64,000 nucleotides of DNA from an uncultured Candidatus Rokubacteria bacterium (GCA_963721815.1 CAVRLO010000021.1:96066-160065); one strand, 5' to 3'. Positions 21,790 to 32,111 are shown, numbered from the stretch's first letter. The notes: generated by a model not told the origin, from the letters alone. Program-made: numbers and translations.

Positions 21790-23342
21790 GGGCGCGCCTT
21801 CTCGTGCACGGTGATCCTGGGCCGGTCGGCGGGCTCGCGGAACACGTGCCGGTCCGGTTCCGGGATGTTCTCCCAGACCGTGTCGGCGACGGGGAGGTCG
21901 ATCCGTCGGTACGCGTCCTGCGGAACCTCGGTCCTCAAATAGTGGAGCGTGCGCTCGGCATCCTCCCGGGCACCCGGCGCCGCTGGCTGGAATCTGAAGA
22001 AGTAGCGCACGATCACCCAGTCGGGCGGTGGCCAACCGGCGAGGCTCTGGCAGCCCTGCCCACCTCGGATATCGAGCTTCGTGTAGAAGCGGAGCGGCAG
22101 ATCTCCGTAAGAGATGAAGAGCCGGTCTCCCGGCCGCGATGCGGTCGCGAGGTGGCGAACGATCCCGTCGATCGGACCCGTGACGTGGTGCGTGATCTCA
22201 TCGACGTACCGCGCCAGGGTGAACGAGACCCGACCGCGAACCAGGTCGGCGCGGTCGGGCAGGAGGGCCAGCACCAGGATCGCGGCGGCGAGCACGCGGC
22301 TCCGGCTGGCCAGCGCCCGGATCGCCCAGGCTTGAAGGAGCGCAAAGACGGGCAAGAGCGTGATCACGTACCGGAAGAACACGAACGGCACCGTCGAGAC
22401 GACAAGGATGTGGCCCAGCGCGAACACGCACAGCGCGAGACACGCGTGCCCGCCGCCCGACCGCAGATCCGGTCGCGAGCGCGTGGCGACCGCCAGCACG
22501 ACGAGCGCCGCCGCGAGCAGCACGGCCGGAAAGGCGTAGAGCTCGATGCGGGTGGCGTAGGCGGCGAGATTCCACGCGAACGACTTCAGCGATCCAAGGG
22601 CCAGGAGCCGGCCGCTGGTCTGCCCGACACTCGACCCGAGGAGCCAGGGAAGATTCCCGACGACCGAAGCGGCCACGGCGGCGCCGAGCCACGGGAGCAG
22701 AGCCCGGTCCCGCATCACGGCGGCCGCCGCCAGCGCCAGCCCGGCCACGGCCCCGAAGAACAGGAGGTGGCTCGCGTGCAGGAGCACCGTGAGGGCCAGG
22801 GCCAGGCCCGCGGCGGCGAGGCGCCGGCGCACGGGCAGCAGGAAGAAAAAGTAGAGGACCCAGATCGCGGCGATGATGGCCACGGCGTAGTAGCGGCACT
22901 GACGCGTGTGCAGGAGGAACGGCACCGACAGGAGCAGCGAGCCGGCCCCGATCAGCGCGGTCAGCCGATCGGCGGAGGTGCGGCGCGCCAGGAGATACAT
23001 CGAGGGCACCGCGAGAAGACCCAGGAGCGCGAACGGCAGGCGGGCCGTGAAGGTCGAGACGTCGAGCAGCGCGAACGAGGCCGCGGCGAGGTAGATCGGG
23101 AGCCAGGGCGTCTGGCGCCACAGATAGTTCTCGTCGTAGTCGGCGCCGCACTCCTGCGAGACCAGGCTGACGCCGTCCCACGCGACGGGGACGCCGAAGC
23201 GCAGCGTGTTCTGCGCGAGGAGCGCGGTCTCTGCCTCGTCGTCCCAGAGGCGGCGGTCGTCCAGATTCGCGAAGATCAGGAGCGCGGCGAGGAGCAGGAG
23301 CCCCGCAACCGCGCTATTCGCCCAGATACGCTCGCCGGACAT
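21786..23342 (-). CDS. GT-C family (ArnT/PMT_2-like) polytopic membrane glycosyltransferase
   Basis: Intact 518-aa ORF with N-terminal loop RRLWDDEAETALLAQNTLRFG and about 11 TM helices. The 5' end overlaps the livF 3' end by 29 nt. Confidence 0.65.
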   Translation of the reverse strand: MSGERIWANSAVAGLLLLAALLIFANLDDRRLWDDEAETALLAQNTLRFGVPVAWDGVSLVSQECGADYDENYLWRQTPWLPIYLAAASFALLDVSTFTARLPFALLGLLAVPSMYLLARRTSADRLTALIGAGSLLLSVPFLLHTRQCRYYAVAIIAAIWVLYFFFLLPVRRRLAAAGLALALTVLLHASHLLFFGAVAGLALAAAAVMRDRALLPWLGAAVAASVVGNLPWLLGSSVGQTSGRLLALGSLKSFAWNLAAYATRIELYAFPAVLLAAALVVLAVATRSRPDLRSGGGHACLALCVFALGHILVVSTVPFVFFRYVITLLPVFALLQAWAIRALASRSRVLAAAILVLALLPDRADLVRGRVSFTLARYVDEITHHVTGPIDGIVRHLATASRPGDRLFISYGDLPLRFYTKLDIRGGQGCQSLAGWPPPDWVIVRYFFRFQPAAPGAREDAERTLHYLRTEVPQDAYRRIDLPVADTVWENIPEPDRHVFREPADRPRITVHEKARP

Positions 23343-24015
23343 CCGCGTTGTCGGACAGCTCGGCCGCGCTCCCCGTGAGCGCGATCGAGCCGGTCTCCAG
23401 CACGTACCCCCGGTGCGCGATCGAGAGCGCCATGGCGGCGTTCTGCTCGACTAGCAAGATCGTCATGCCCTGGCGGTTGATGTCGATGATCGTGTCGAAG
23501 ATCTGCTCCACGAGAACCGGCGCCAGCCCCATGCTCGGCTCGTCGAGCAGCAAGACCCGAGGGTTTGCCATCAGCGCGCGCCCGATGGCGAGCATCTGCT
23601 GCTCGCCGCCCGACAAGGTGCCGGCGATCTGGGTGATCCGCTCGGACAGCCGCGGGAACAGTCCGAAGACCCGCTCGAGGTCCGCCGCGACCCGCGTGTC
23701 GCTTCTCAGATAGGCGCCCATCGTGAGGTTCTCGCGGACCGTAAGCCGGTTGAAGATCCGCCGGCCCTCGGGCACGTGCGCGACGCCGCGGGAGACGATC
23801 GTGTGCGGCGGCACGTCGACGAGCGACTGGTTCTCGAGCGTGATGGTGCCGCGAGTCGGTTGCAAGCAGCCCGGAGATCGTCTTGAGCGTGGTCGTCTTG
23901 CCGGCGCCGTTGTTGCCGAGGATCGTGACGATCTCGCCCGGCCCACCTCGAGCGCCACGTCCTTGAGCGCCCGGATCTCGCCGTACGCGACGTCGAGCGA
24001 CTCGACCTTAAGCAC
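23314..24015 (-). CDS. livF: Branched-chain amino acid ABC transporter ATP-binding protein LivF; the Walker A region is out of frame because of two compensating indels
   Basis: Signature LSGGEQQMLAIGRAL, Walker B LLLDEPSMGLAP, and C-terminus VRRAYLGE. The expected GPGEIVTILGNNGAGKTTTLKTISG is readable only in another frame between ~23857 and 23943. Confidence 0.85.
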   Translation of the reverse strand: MLKVESLDVAYGEIRALKDVALEVGRARSSRSSATTAPARRPRSRRSPGCLQPTRGTITLENQSLVDVPPHTIVSRGVAHVPEGRRIFNRLTVRENLTMGAYLRSDTRVAADLERVFGLFPRLSERITQIAGTLSGGEQQMLAIGRALMANPRVLLLDEPSMGLAPVLVEQIFDTIIDINRQGMTILLVEQNAAMALSIAHRGYVLETGSIALTGSAAELSDNADVRRAYLGE

Positions 24016-24805
24016 GCGGCCTCACCCTCGGCGCGGGCCCCGCGCTTGCCGAGGTAGGCCTCGATCACGCGCGGGCATCGCGCTGGACCTCGCGCGGCGG
24101 CCCCTCGGCGATCTTCTCGCCGTGATCCAGCACGGTCACCCGGTCGGAGATCTCCATGACCACGCGCATGTTGTGCTCGATCAGGATGATGGCGAGCCCC
24201 AGGTCGGCGACGAGGCCGCGCAGGAGGTTCATGAGCGCGGAGGCCTCTCCCTGGGTCATTCCCGCCGTCGGCTCGTCCAGAAGCAGCAGCGCGGGCTCGG
24301 ACGCGAGCGCCCGCGCCAGCTCGAGCCGCCGCCGATCGCCGTACGGCAGGATTGCGCGCGACGACGTTCGCGCTGGCCTGCAGCCCGACCCGATCGAGCA
24401 GCCCGACGGCGCGCGCGGCGCAGCTCGGATTCGGTCCGCCGAAAAGCGGGGCCGCGCGAGAGGACATCCCACAGACGGAGCGAGATGCGCGAGTTCATGC
24501 CGACGAGCACGTTCTCGATCGCCGTCATGTTGGCGAAGAGCCGGATGTTCTGGAACGTCCGGCAGATGCCCAGCGCCGTGATCTGGTCGGGGCGCAAGCC
24601 GAGCAGCGGCCGGTCGCGGAAGGTCACGCGGCCCTCGTCCGCGGCGTAGAGCCCGGTGAAGATGTTGAAGAGCGTGGTCTTGCCGGCGCCGTTCGGCCCG
24701 ATGATCGATGAGATCCCGCGGTCGAGCGGCGAAGTCCACCTCGTGCAGCGCGGTGAGCCCGCCGAACCGCTTCGTGACGCCTCGGGCTTCGAACAGGGCC
24801 GGCAC
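24008..24805 (-). CDS. livG: Branched-chain amino acid ABC transporter ATP-binding protein LivG; several frame breaks, 3' end approximate
   Basis: N-terminus LFEARGVTKRFGGLTALHEVDF; mid fragment ICRTFQNIRLFANMTAIENV (ORF 24256..24627); LLLLDEPTAGM; C-terminus VIEAYLG in another frame. Confidence 0.8.
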
Positions 24806-24856
24806 GATCGCGGCTCTACGCCGCCGCGCGCGGTCGACGCGACGCGCGCGCCGGCC

Positions 24857-26048
24857 TCAACGGGCGAGCTCGCGCTGGCGGCGCCGCGCCGGGAAGATGC
24901 CCTGCGGACGGAAGATCATCATCAGCACGAGGATCACGCCGAAGACCATGCGCTCGTACTTGGCGGGCTCGAACTGCGTCGGGAGATCGGCGAGGCTGTA
25001 GCCGAGGATCGTCACGCCGGCGTTCTTCAGCTCGTTGAGCCAGAGCGAGAACCCCTTCAATACTTGAAGGTTCAGCACGGTCACGACCGTGGCGCCGAGC
25101 GATCGGCGCCCGGAATCGAGCCCATGCCGCCCAGGATGACCATGGCGAGCACACCGATCGACTCGAGGAAGGTGAAGGACTCCGGGTTGATGAAGATCTG
25201 CTTGGCCGAGAAGACCACGCCCATGACGCCGGCGAAGGACGCGCCGCACGCGAAGGCCATGAGCTTCATCCGGACCAGCGGCACGCCCATGGCCCGGGCC
25301 GCCAGCTCGTCCTCGCGAATGGCCTCCCACGCCCGCCCGATGTGGGAGTCCTCGAGCCGGCGGTTGACGATGACGACGGCGACCACGATGAGCAGGACGA
25401 GGAAGTAGAAGTACTCGCCGTACGGCAGCCCGAACGGCGTCGGAGGCCGGGAGATCGGCGTGATCCCCTTGGGGCCGTTGGTCAGGTTGATCGGCTTGTC
25501 GAGGTTGTTGGCGAGCACGCGGATGACCTCGCCGAAGCCCAGCGTGACGATGGCGAGATAGTCGCCGTGCAGCCGCAACACGGGCAGCCCGAGAAGGATC
25601 CCGGTGATCGCCGCCGTGCACAGCCCGACGAACAGGAACACGTAGAACCACCCGCCGGCCAGCGGGAAGCCGCCGCCGAAGATGATGTTGGCGTGCGGCG
25701 AGCCGAAGATGGCCCATGAGTACGCGCCGACCGCGAAGAACGCCACGTAGCCGAGGTCCAGGAGCCCGCCAGGCCGACCACGATGTTGAGGCCGAGGGCC
25801 AGCGCGACGAAGATGCCGACCTGGGTCGCCACTTCGAGGTAGTAGCCGTTGAAATACCCGATGACCGGCATCAGGACGAGGAGGGCCACGATCAGGAGGC
25901 CCCAGCGGAGCGGCTCGGGAATCCGGGCACGATAGACGAACACGAGCGAGCCCTGGAAGAGGAGAAACACGAGGACCGACCGGGGAAACGTGGCGACGGC
26001 GAACGCCGAGACTCCCACCAGCCCGACGCTGAGCAGCGTCTGGATCAC
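24857..26048 (-). CDS. livM: Branched-chain amino acid ABC transporter permease LivM; two frame breaks
   Basis: The GTG at 26048 overlaps the livH stop. Fragments 25081..25746 (HGDYLAIVTLGFGEVIR, REDELAARAMG) and 24857..25717 (the C-terminal TM segments) belong to this gene. Confidence 0.8.
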
Positions 26049-27014
26049 GCGCGCTCCCGCACGACTTCTCCGAGAAGTCCCTTGGGCCGGAAGATCAGGA
26101 TCAGGATCAGCGCCGAGAAGGCGAAGATGTCCTTGTATTCCGCCCCGAAGGCCCCGCCCGTGAGCAGCGAGAGATACGGCGCCGCGAATGCCTCCAGGAG
26201 TCCCAGGACGAGCCCGCCGACCATCGCGCCGGGGATGTTGCCGATGCCGCCGAGCACGGCCGCGGTGAACGCCTTCAGCCCGGGAATGAAGCCGCTGTAC
26301 GGGTTGATCAGCCCGTACTGCACGCCGAAGAGCACGCCGGCGGCTCCGCCCATCGCGCCCCCGATCAGGAACGTGAGCGAGATGATCCGGTTGACGTCGA
26401 TGCCCATGAGGCTCGCCGCCGCCTGGTCCTCGGCGACGGCGCGGATGGCGGTGCCGACCTTCGTCCGGTTGACGATCAGATGGAGGGCCCACAGCATCAG
26501 CAGCGCGCCGGCGACGACGACGAGGGACTTGACCGACACGTCGATCGTCCGGTCAGCTCGAAGCGGATGTTGAGCACATCCATGCTCGGGTAGACCAGGT
26601 TGAACGAGTTTCGCCAGAGCGATTCGAACAGTCGGATGAGATCTTGCAGAAAGAAGGAGACGCCGATGGCCGAGATCAGGGGAATCAAGCGGGGCGCACT
26701 GCGCAGCGGACGGTAGGCGATTCGCTCCACCTGACCGCCAGCAGCCCACTGACGGCCATGCCCGCGATCAGAGCCAGAGCGAGGACGAGGGGCCAGGGAA
26801 GCCCGTCGAGGAGCCCGACGCCCTTGAGCCCGAGCAGGATCTCCACGCCGACGAAGGCGCCCACGATGAAGATCTCGGAGTGGGCGAAATTGATGAACTC
26901 CAGGACGCCGTACACCATCGTGTAGCCGAGCGCGATCAGGGCGTACATGAAGCCGAGGATGATGCCGTCGAGGAGAACCTCGGGGAAGATGCGGACGAGG
27001 AGTTCGACGTCCAT
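26045..27014 (-). CDS. livH: Branched-chain amino acid ABC transporter permease LivH; two frame breaks
   Basis: ATG at 27014. GIILGFMYALIALGYTMVYGVLEFINFAHSE, IAYRPLR, AVAEDQAAASLMGID and LGGIGNIPGAMVGG are typical LivH blocks, spread over three frames. Confidence 0.8.
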
Positions 27015-27094
27015 GCCTAAGCCACGTTTGAGGGGGCGGTCGGGCGGGGGGCCGGGGGAGGGGGTCCGCGGGGACGCCTCCCCCGGCCGTCCGC

Positions 27095-28292
27095 TTACTT
27101 TTTCAGCGGCGGCGCTGCGATGGCGAGGCGCTTTGCTTCCTTGTTCTCTCCCCACTTCTCGGGGTTCTCGTTGGCGACCTGCATCACATAGTACGAGGCC
27201 TTCTTCGGGTCGCCCTTGTCGTCGAACTCGATGGCCCCCGTCATGCCTGTGTATTTGACCTTGCGGATCGCCGTCGCCACGGCCGCGCGCGTCGGCACCT
27301 TGCCGCCGGTCACGGTGGACTCGAGGGCCTTGAGGGCGATGGCGGTGGCGACGTAGGCCTCGGCCGCGTAGGGCTCGGGGTTCTTGCCGAATTTCTTCTT
27401 GAAGTCGTCGCCGAACTGCTTGGCCTGGGGGCTCGTGGACGGCGCCGCGGCCGTCGTGTAGTAGATGCCGACGACGGCCTTGCCGGCGATCTTCACCAGG
27501 TCGGACGAATCGAGGCCGTCCGGTCCGAGGAATTTCGACTTGACGCCCTTCTCACGGGCCTGCTTGAAGAAGGGCGCGCCCTGATCGTAGATGCCGCCGA
27601 AGTAGACGAGATCGGGGTTCTTGGCCTTGATCGGCGTGATGATCGGGTCGAAGTTCGACTTCTCTTCCGTGCCCTCGAACGCGACCACCTTCACGCCCTT
27701 CTTCTCCACGTCGTTCTTGAAGGCCTCGGCAACGCCCTGGCCGTAGGTCGTCTTGTCGTGGACGATGTACACCGACTTGACCTTGAGCGTCTGGGCGGCG
27801 AACTCGGCCCCGACGGGCGCCCTGGACGTCGTCACGGCCGCAGACGCGATTGATATTCGGGTAGCCCCGGTCGGTGACCTTCCGTTGGTGTTTGCCGGCG
27901 AGATCATCGGGAGATCGACTTCCTTGTAGACCTCGGACGACGGGATGGCGACGCCGGAGTTGAGGTGGCCGATCACGACGAGAATGTCCTTGTCGGCGAT
28001 GATGTTCTTCGCGTTCGCCACGCCGACGTCGGGCTTGGCCTGATCGTCGAACGGGACGAGCTCGACCTTGAAGCCTTGCTTCGTCGAGATTGCCCTTGAG
28101 CGTCTCGAGGGCGAGCTGGGCGCCGAGCTTGATGCCCTCACCGAGCGCCGCCTGGCCCCCGCTGAGGGGGCTCTGCGTGGCGATCTTGATCGTGCCCTTG
28201 CTCGCTTGCGCCATCAGCTCCGACGCCGGAACCAGCGCCACGGCCAGGACCGCGAGGAGCGCCAGAACGAGGCGGACCCTGTGACGGATCAT
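27095..28292 (-). CDS. livJ: Branched-chain amino acid ABC transporter substrate-binding protein; two frame breaks
   Basis: Signal peptide MIRHRVRLVLALLAVLAVALVPA. IKIATQSPLSGGQAALGEGI and the remaining type I periplasmic binding fold are in ORF 27095..28141. Confidence 0.8.
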
Positions 28293-28409
28293 TGCTGCCC
28301 TCCTTAGATTAAGGCGCGCCTCGGCCCGCGAGGCCCAGCCCCGCGACGGCCTGCAGCACGCACTGCCGCAGAGTTCGGTCCGATGATGGATTCGGCCGGT
28401 GCAGCGACA

Positions 28410-28793
28410 TTATAGGACGCGACGCGTCAAGTCACGTTCCGCGCGGATCGCCGCGAGGAATTCGCGGGTCGCGGCGGCCGGGTCGGGCGCTCCGCAGACG
28501 GCCGAGATGACCGCGACGCCATCAGCGCCCGCGCGGATCACGTGGGCGACGTTCTCGCGCGTGACTCCCCCGATGCCGACCAGGGGGGCCCTGGTCTCCG
28601 GCCGCACGGCGCGGATGAGCTCCGGGCCCACGAGCTCGAAGTCGGGCTTGGTCTGAGTCGGGTACATCGAGCCCACGGCGATGTAGTCGGCGCCGTCCGC
28701 CTGCGCCGTCCGAGCCTGGGCGACGCTGTGCGTCGAGCGGCCGAGCACCATGCCCGGCCGCAGGAGCTGGCGGGCGGCCCGGCGGGGGATCCA
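28410..28793 (-). pseudogene. thiE: Thiamine-phosphate synthase, C-terminal ~125 codons only; it begins directly after the accC stop in the same frame
   Basis: IPRRAARQLLRPGMVLGRSTHSVAQARTAQADGADYIAVGSMYPTQTKPD ... LVGIGGV ... GADGVAVISAV matches the distal half of ThiE. There is no room for the N-terminal half. Confidence 0.6.
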
Positions 28794-30131
28794 TCAATTC
28801 CGGCGGCGCACCATCTCGACGCTGCTGACTCGTCCCTCGAGAAACGCCGGATCGTCCAGGAGCCTCAGGTGAAACGGGATCGAGGTCTTGACGCCTTCGA
28901 GCACGGTCTCGCGCAGGGCCCGGCGCATCCGGTCGATCGCCTCGGCGCGGTCCCCGCCGCGCACGACGATCTTGGCCAGCAGCGAGTCGTAGAACGGCGG
29001 CACCGCGTACGGCGCCATCAGATGGCTGTCCACCCGCACGTTGAAGCCACCCGGGGGCACCCATGCGGTGACGCGGCCGGCGCTCGGGGCGAAGGTCTCG
29101 GGATCCTCCGCGTTGATCCGGCACTCCATCGCATGCCCTTCGAGCCGCACGGCGTCCTGGCGGTAGCCGAGGGCGTCGCCGCTGGCGATCCGGATCTGCT
29201 CCCGGACGAGGTCGATGCCGGTGATCAGCTCGGTCACCGGATGCTCGACCTGAATTCGCGTGTTCATCTCGATGAAGTAGAAGTGGCCGTCGCCGTCGAC
29301 GAGGAACTCGACCGTGCCCGCGTTCACGTAGTTGACCGCCGCGGCCACCGTGAGCGCGGCCCGGCGCAGGCCGTCGCGGGTCTCGGCGGGCAGCAGCGGC
29401 GCCGGCGACTCCTCGAGCAGCTTCTGGTGGCGTCGCTGGACCGAGCAGTCACGCTCGCCCATGTGGACCCGCAGGCCGTTGCGGTCACCCAGCACCTGAA
29501 CCTCGACGTGGCGCGCGTTCTGGATGAACTTCTCGCAGTAGACCGCCGACGAGTCGAAGGCGGCCCCGGCTTCCGACTGGCAGGCGTCGAACGCCTGCGC
29601 CACGTCGCCCCGCTCCTTGACGATGCGCATCCCGCGCCCGCCGCCGCCGGCCGCGGCCTTGAAGATGAGCGGATAGCCGATCCGCTCCGCGACCTCGAGC
29701 GCCTCGGCGGAATCCTTCAGCGGGGCCTCGCTCCCGGGAACGACGGGCACGCCCGCCTGCATGGCGATCTGGCGCGCCTGCGCCTTGTCGCCCATGAGTC
29801 GGATCGCCTCCGGCGACGGCCCGATGAACGTGATCGAGCACGCCCGGCACACCTCGGCGAACGCGGGGTTCTCGGCGAGGAAGCCGTAGCCCGGGTGAAT
29901 CGCCTCGCTGTCGGTGACCGCGGCGGCCGAGATGATGGCCGGAATGTTGAGATAGGAGAGCCGCGGGGCGTCGGGTCCGACGCAGATCGTCTCGTCGGCG
30001 ATCTTCATCGGGAGCGAGTGGGCGTCGGCCTTCGAGTGGGCGAGCACCGAGCGAATGCCGAGCTCGCGACAGGTGCGGATGATCCGCAGCGCGATCTCGC
30101 CTCGATTCGCGATCAGAATCTTATGGAACAT
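28794..30131 (-). CDS. accC: Acetyl-CoA carboxylase biotin carboxylase subunit
   Basis: Intact from MFHKILIANRGEIA (ATG 30131). Motifs GYPLIFKAAAGGGGRGM, EMNTRIQVEHPVTE and the full ATP-grasp layout are present. Confidence 0.95.
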   Translation of the reverse strand: MFHKILIANRGEIALRIIRTCRELGIRSVLAHSKADAHSLPMKIADETICVGPDAPRLSYLNIPAIISAAAVTDSEAIHPGYGFLAENPAFAEVCRACSITFIGPSPEAIRLMGDKAQARQIAMQAGVPVVPGSEAPLKDSAEALEVAERIGYPLIFKAAAGGGGRGMRIVKERGDVAQAFDACQSEAGAAFDSSAVYCEKFIQNARHVEVQVLGDRNGLRVHMGERDCSVQRRHQKLLEESPAPLLPAETRDGLRRAALTVAAAVNYVNAGTVEFLVDGDGHFYFIEMNTRIQVEHPVTELITGIDLVREQIRIASGDALGYRQDAVRLEGHAMECRINAEDPETFAPSAGRVTAWVPPGGFNVRVDSHLMAPYAVPPFYDSLLAKIVVRGGDRAEAIDRMRRALRETVLEGVKTSIPFHLRLLDDPAFLEGRVSSVEMVRRRN

Positions 30132-30335
30132 TGCATCCGTCCGGCGATCGCGCACCCGGCGACGGGTCCCGGGCGTGGCGGGGGTCAAGACGACCACGCG
30201 GTACGCGTCCGCTGCTCCGCGCGGCTGGGCTCCATCCCGGCGGGGTCGCCCGTCGTCGCGTGCAGGGAACGGGTCCCTTTGACCCCCACCACGCCCGGGA
30301 CCCGTCGGCCGGGTGAGCGATCGCCGGCGTCATCA

Positions 30336-31623
30336 TCAGCTGCCGAGAGTGCGGCGCCATTGGGATTCGAGCTCGGCGAGGCGGAGGCCGTAGATGCGTG
30401 GCATCGCTTCGGCGATGCGCTCGCCGGCGCCGAGTCGTCGCAAGAGCTCCTGCAGCGACTCGATGCCGCCCCGATCGAGGAGGTCGGACACGAGCCAGAG
30501 CGAGATATCGTAGCCGGTGCGGGCGCGCAGGGGATCGGGCTCCCCGGCCAGCGCTTCCACGCCGGCCAGCGTCAGACCTCCGGGGATCTGGAGCATCGGG
30601 TCAGCCGTCGCCCCCTCGAGGATCTGCGCCAGCCCCTCGTGGAGCCAGCGCGGTGCCCGGCCGCGGGAGAGGTCGTGAATGGCCGCGTGGGCATATTCGT
30701 GGACGACCAACCGCTCGACCTCGCGGGCCGGCGGGCGGCTCGCGCCGATCAGCAGCCGAATCTTCCCGTCGAAGAGCCCGGAGGCCCACGAGTGCGCGCG
30801 AGTCACGCCCCGAAACTCGTGGTGCTCGTACAGCACGACGGTCGTTCGTTCCCGGGGAGAGTAGGCGAGCATCCGCCCGACGCGCTCGGCGGCCGCGTCG
30901 AGGTGCGCGATGATCGCCCGGCGGGCGTCGGGGTCGTGGGTGCCGGCGTACTTCACGACGAAGCGCGGCGTGACGTCGCGCTGGAAGCCGGCCTCGGCCC
31001 GCTGCTCGCGCTCGACCTTCTCGAGGAGCCGGCGCGCGGCCGCGTTGGTGGGCTCGCGCTCGAGCACCACCCTGAGGTTCGAGATCGCCGGCGCCGGGTC
31101 GTCGCGGCGATCGTGCAAGATGGGCGAGCAGGAGCCAGACCTCCGGGTCGTACTCCGCGCGCACGGCTCGCTCGAGCGGCGCGAACGCGTCGTCGGGCCG
31201 GCCCGCGTGGACGGCGGCGAGCCCCAGCCCCTTCAGAAGCGCCGGATCATCCGGCGTCTCGGTCAGCCCCTGGCCGAACAGCAACGCGGCTTCGTCCGGT
31301 CGTCCCTCGCGGAGCGCGTGCCAGCCCCAGCCCTCGAAGCAGCGCACGACGTCCTGCCGCCGCGTCGCGCTGCCTGGCTCGTCCGCCGCGGCCCGGCCGA
31401 ACTTCTCGCAGGCGCGGGGGAACTGGCCGGCGGCGTACAGGCGGATCGCCTCGTCGGCGAGCGCGCGCGAATCCCGCGCTCGGGTGGATGCGAACACGGC
31501 GGTCCGCTCGGCGTCGGGCGGCCCGGGCCGACGGCCTTCCCGCCAGCCCAGCACCAGGGTCGCCGCGACCCGAGCGTCGCCGCAACGAGGACCAGCAGGC
31601 GGAGCGTTGCGGGAAGACGCCAC
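30336..31623 (-). CDS. TPR-repeat protein with a C-terminal peptidase-MA-like (HExxH) domain; one frame break near 31110
   Basis: N-terminal TPR-like helices come from ORF 30601..31623. The C-terminal ORF 30336..31118 has VVHEYAHAAIHDL ... WLHEGLAQILEG. Confidence 0.55.
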
Positions 31624-31631
31624 GCCCGTGC

Positions 31632-32111
31632 TCAGCGGGAGGGGTCGATCAGGAACAGCGATTGACCGAACTCGACGGGGTGCGCGTTCTCGACGAAGAT
31701 CTTGACGATCCGGCCGGCCGCCTTGGACTCGATCTCGTTCATGAGCTTCATCGCCTCGATGATGCAGAGGATCTGTCCTTCCTTCACGAGATCGCCTTCG
31801 CTCACGTAGGGCTCGGCCGTCGGCGATGACGCCCGGTAGAAGGTTCCGACCATGGGGGCCTCGATGGTGACCATCGAGGCGGACTCCGCCGAGACCGGCG
31901 CCGACGTGGGCGCCGGCTCGACCGCGGAGCCCGCCCCGGACGACACGGGCGCCGTCGCCGGCGCACCGCCGCGCTGCAGGCGAACACGGATCCCGCCGAC
32001 GGCCGCCTCGATCTCGGACAGGCCGAGCTCGCCGAGGAGCGTGCCGAGCCGTCGCGCAAGATCGACGACCGCGCCGTCCTTCGGATCGCGCTGCCGGGGT
32101 CGCCGCGCCAT
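31632..32111 (-). CDS. accB: Acetyl-CoA carboxylase biotin carboxyl carrier protein
   Basis: Intact 159-aa ORF with biotinylation motif CIIEAMKLMNEIES. Its start shares one base with the efp stop. Confidence 0.9.
   Translation of the reverse strand: MARRPRQRDPKDGAVVDLARRLGTLLGELGLSEIEAAVGGIRVRLQRGGAPATAPVSSGAGSAVEPAPTSAPVSAESASMVTIEAPMVGTFYRASSPTAEPYVSEGDLVKEGQILCIIEAMKLMNEIESKAAGRIVKIFVENAHPVEFGQSLFLIDPSR

Noticed and set aside
21804-23378. 524-aa plus-strand ORF, plus similar long antisense ORFs (1650..3239 -, 8637..9608 +, 39893..41209 +, 47371..48909 +, 49446..50615 +, 50516..51607 +)
   Set aside because: Each is the mirror frame of a well-supported gene (GT-C, S8 protease, membrane protein, pilX-like, pilS, pilC, pilT). 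Each has the same charged, low-complexity composition. I treat them as GC-content artefacts.
28785-28800. GGATCC exactly at the accC / thiE-remnant junction as a possible cloning (BamHI/Sau3AI) chimera scar
   Set aside because: GGATCC occurs many times elsewhere in the window (for example near 670, 14975, 21548, 45995, 55878 and 55965). Its presence at the junction therefore carries no weight.
28542-31829. The longest ORF in the track (1095 aa, plus strand)
   Set aside because: It lies antisense to the thiE remnant, accC, the TPR / peptidase gene and accB, all of which have clear homology on the minus strand. Its translation is Arg/Gly/Ala/Pro/Asp-rich low-complexity sequence with no motif. 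Long stop-free antisense frames are expected opposite GC3-rich genes.
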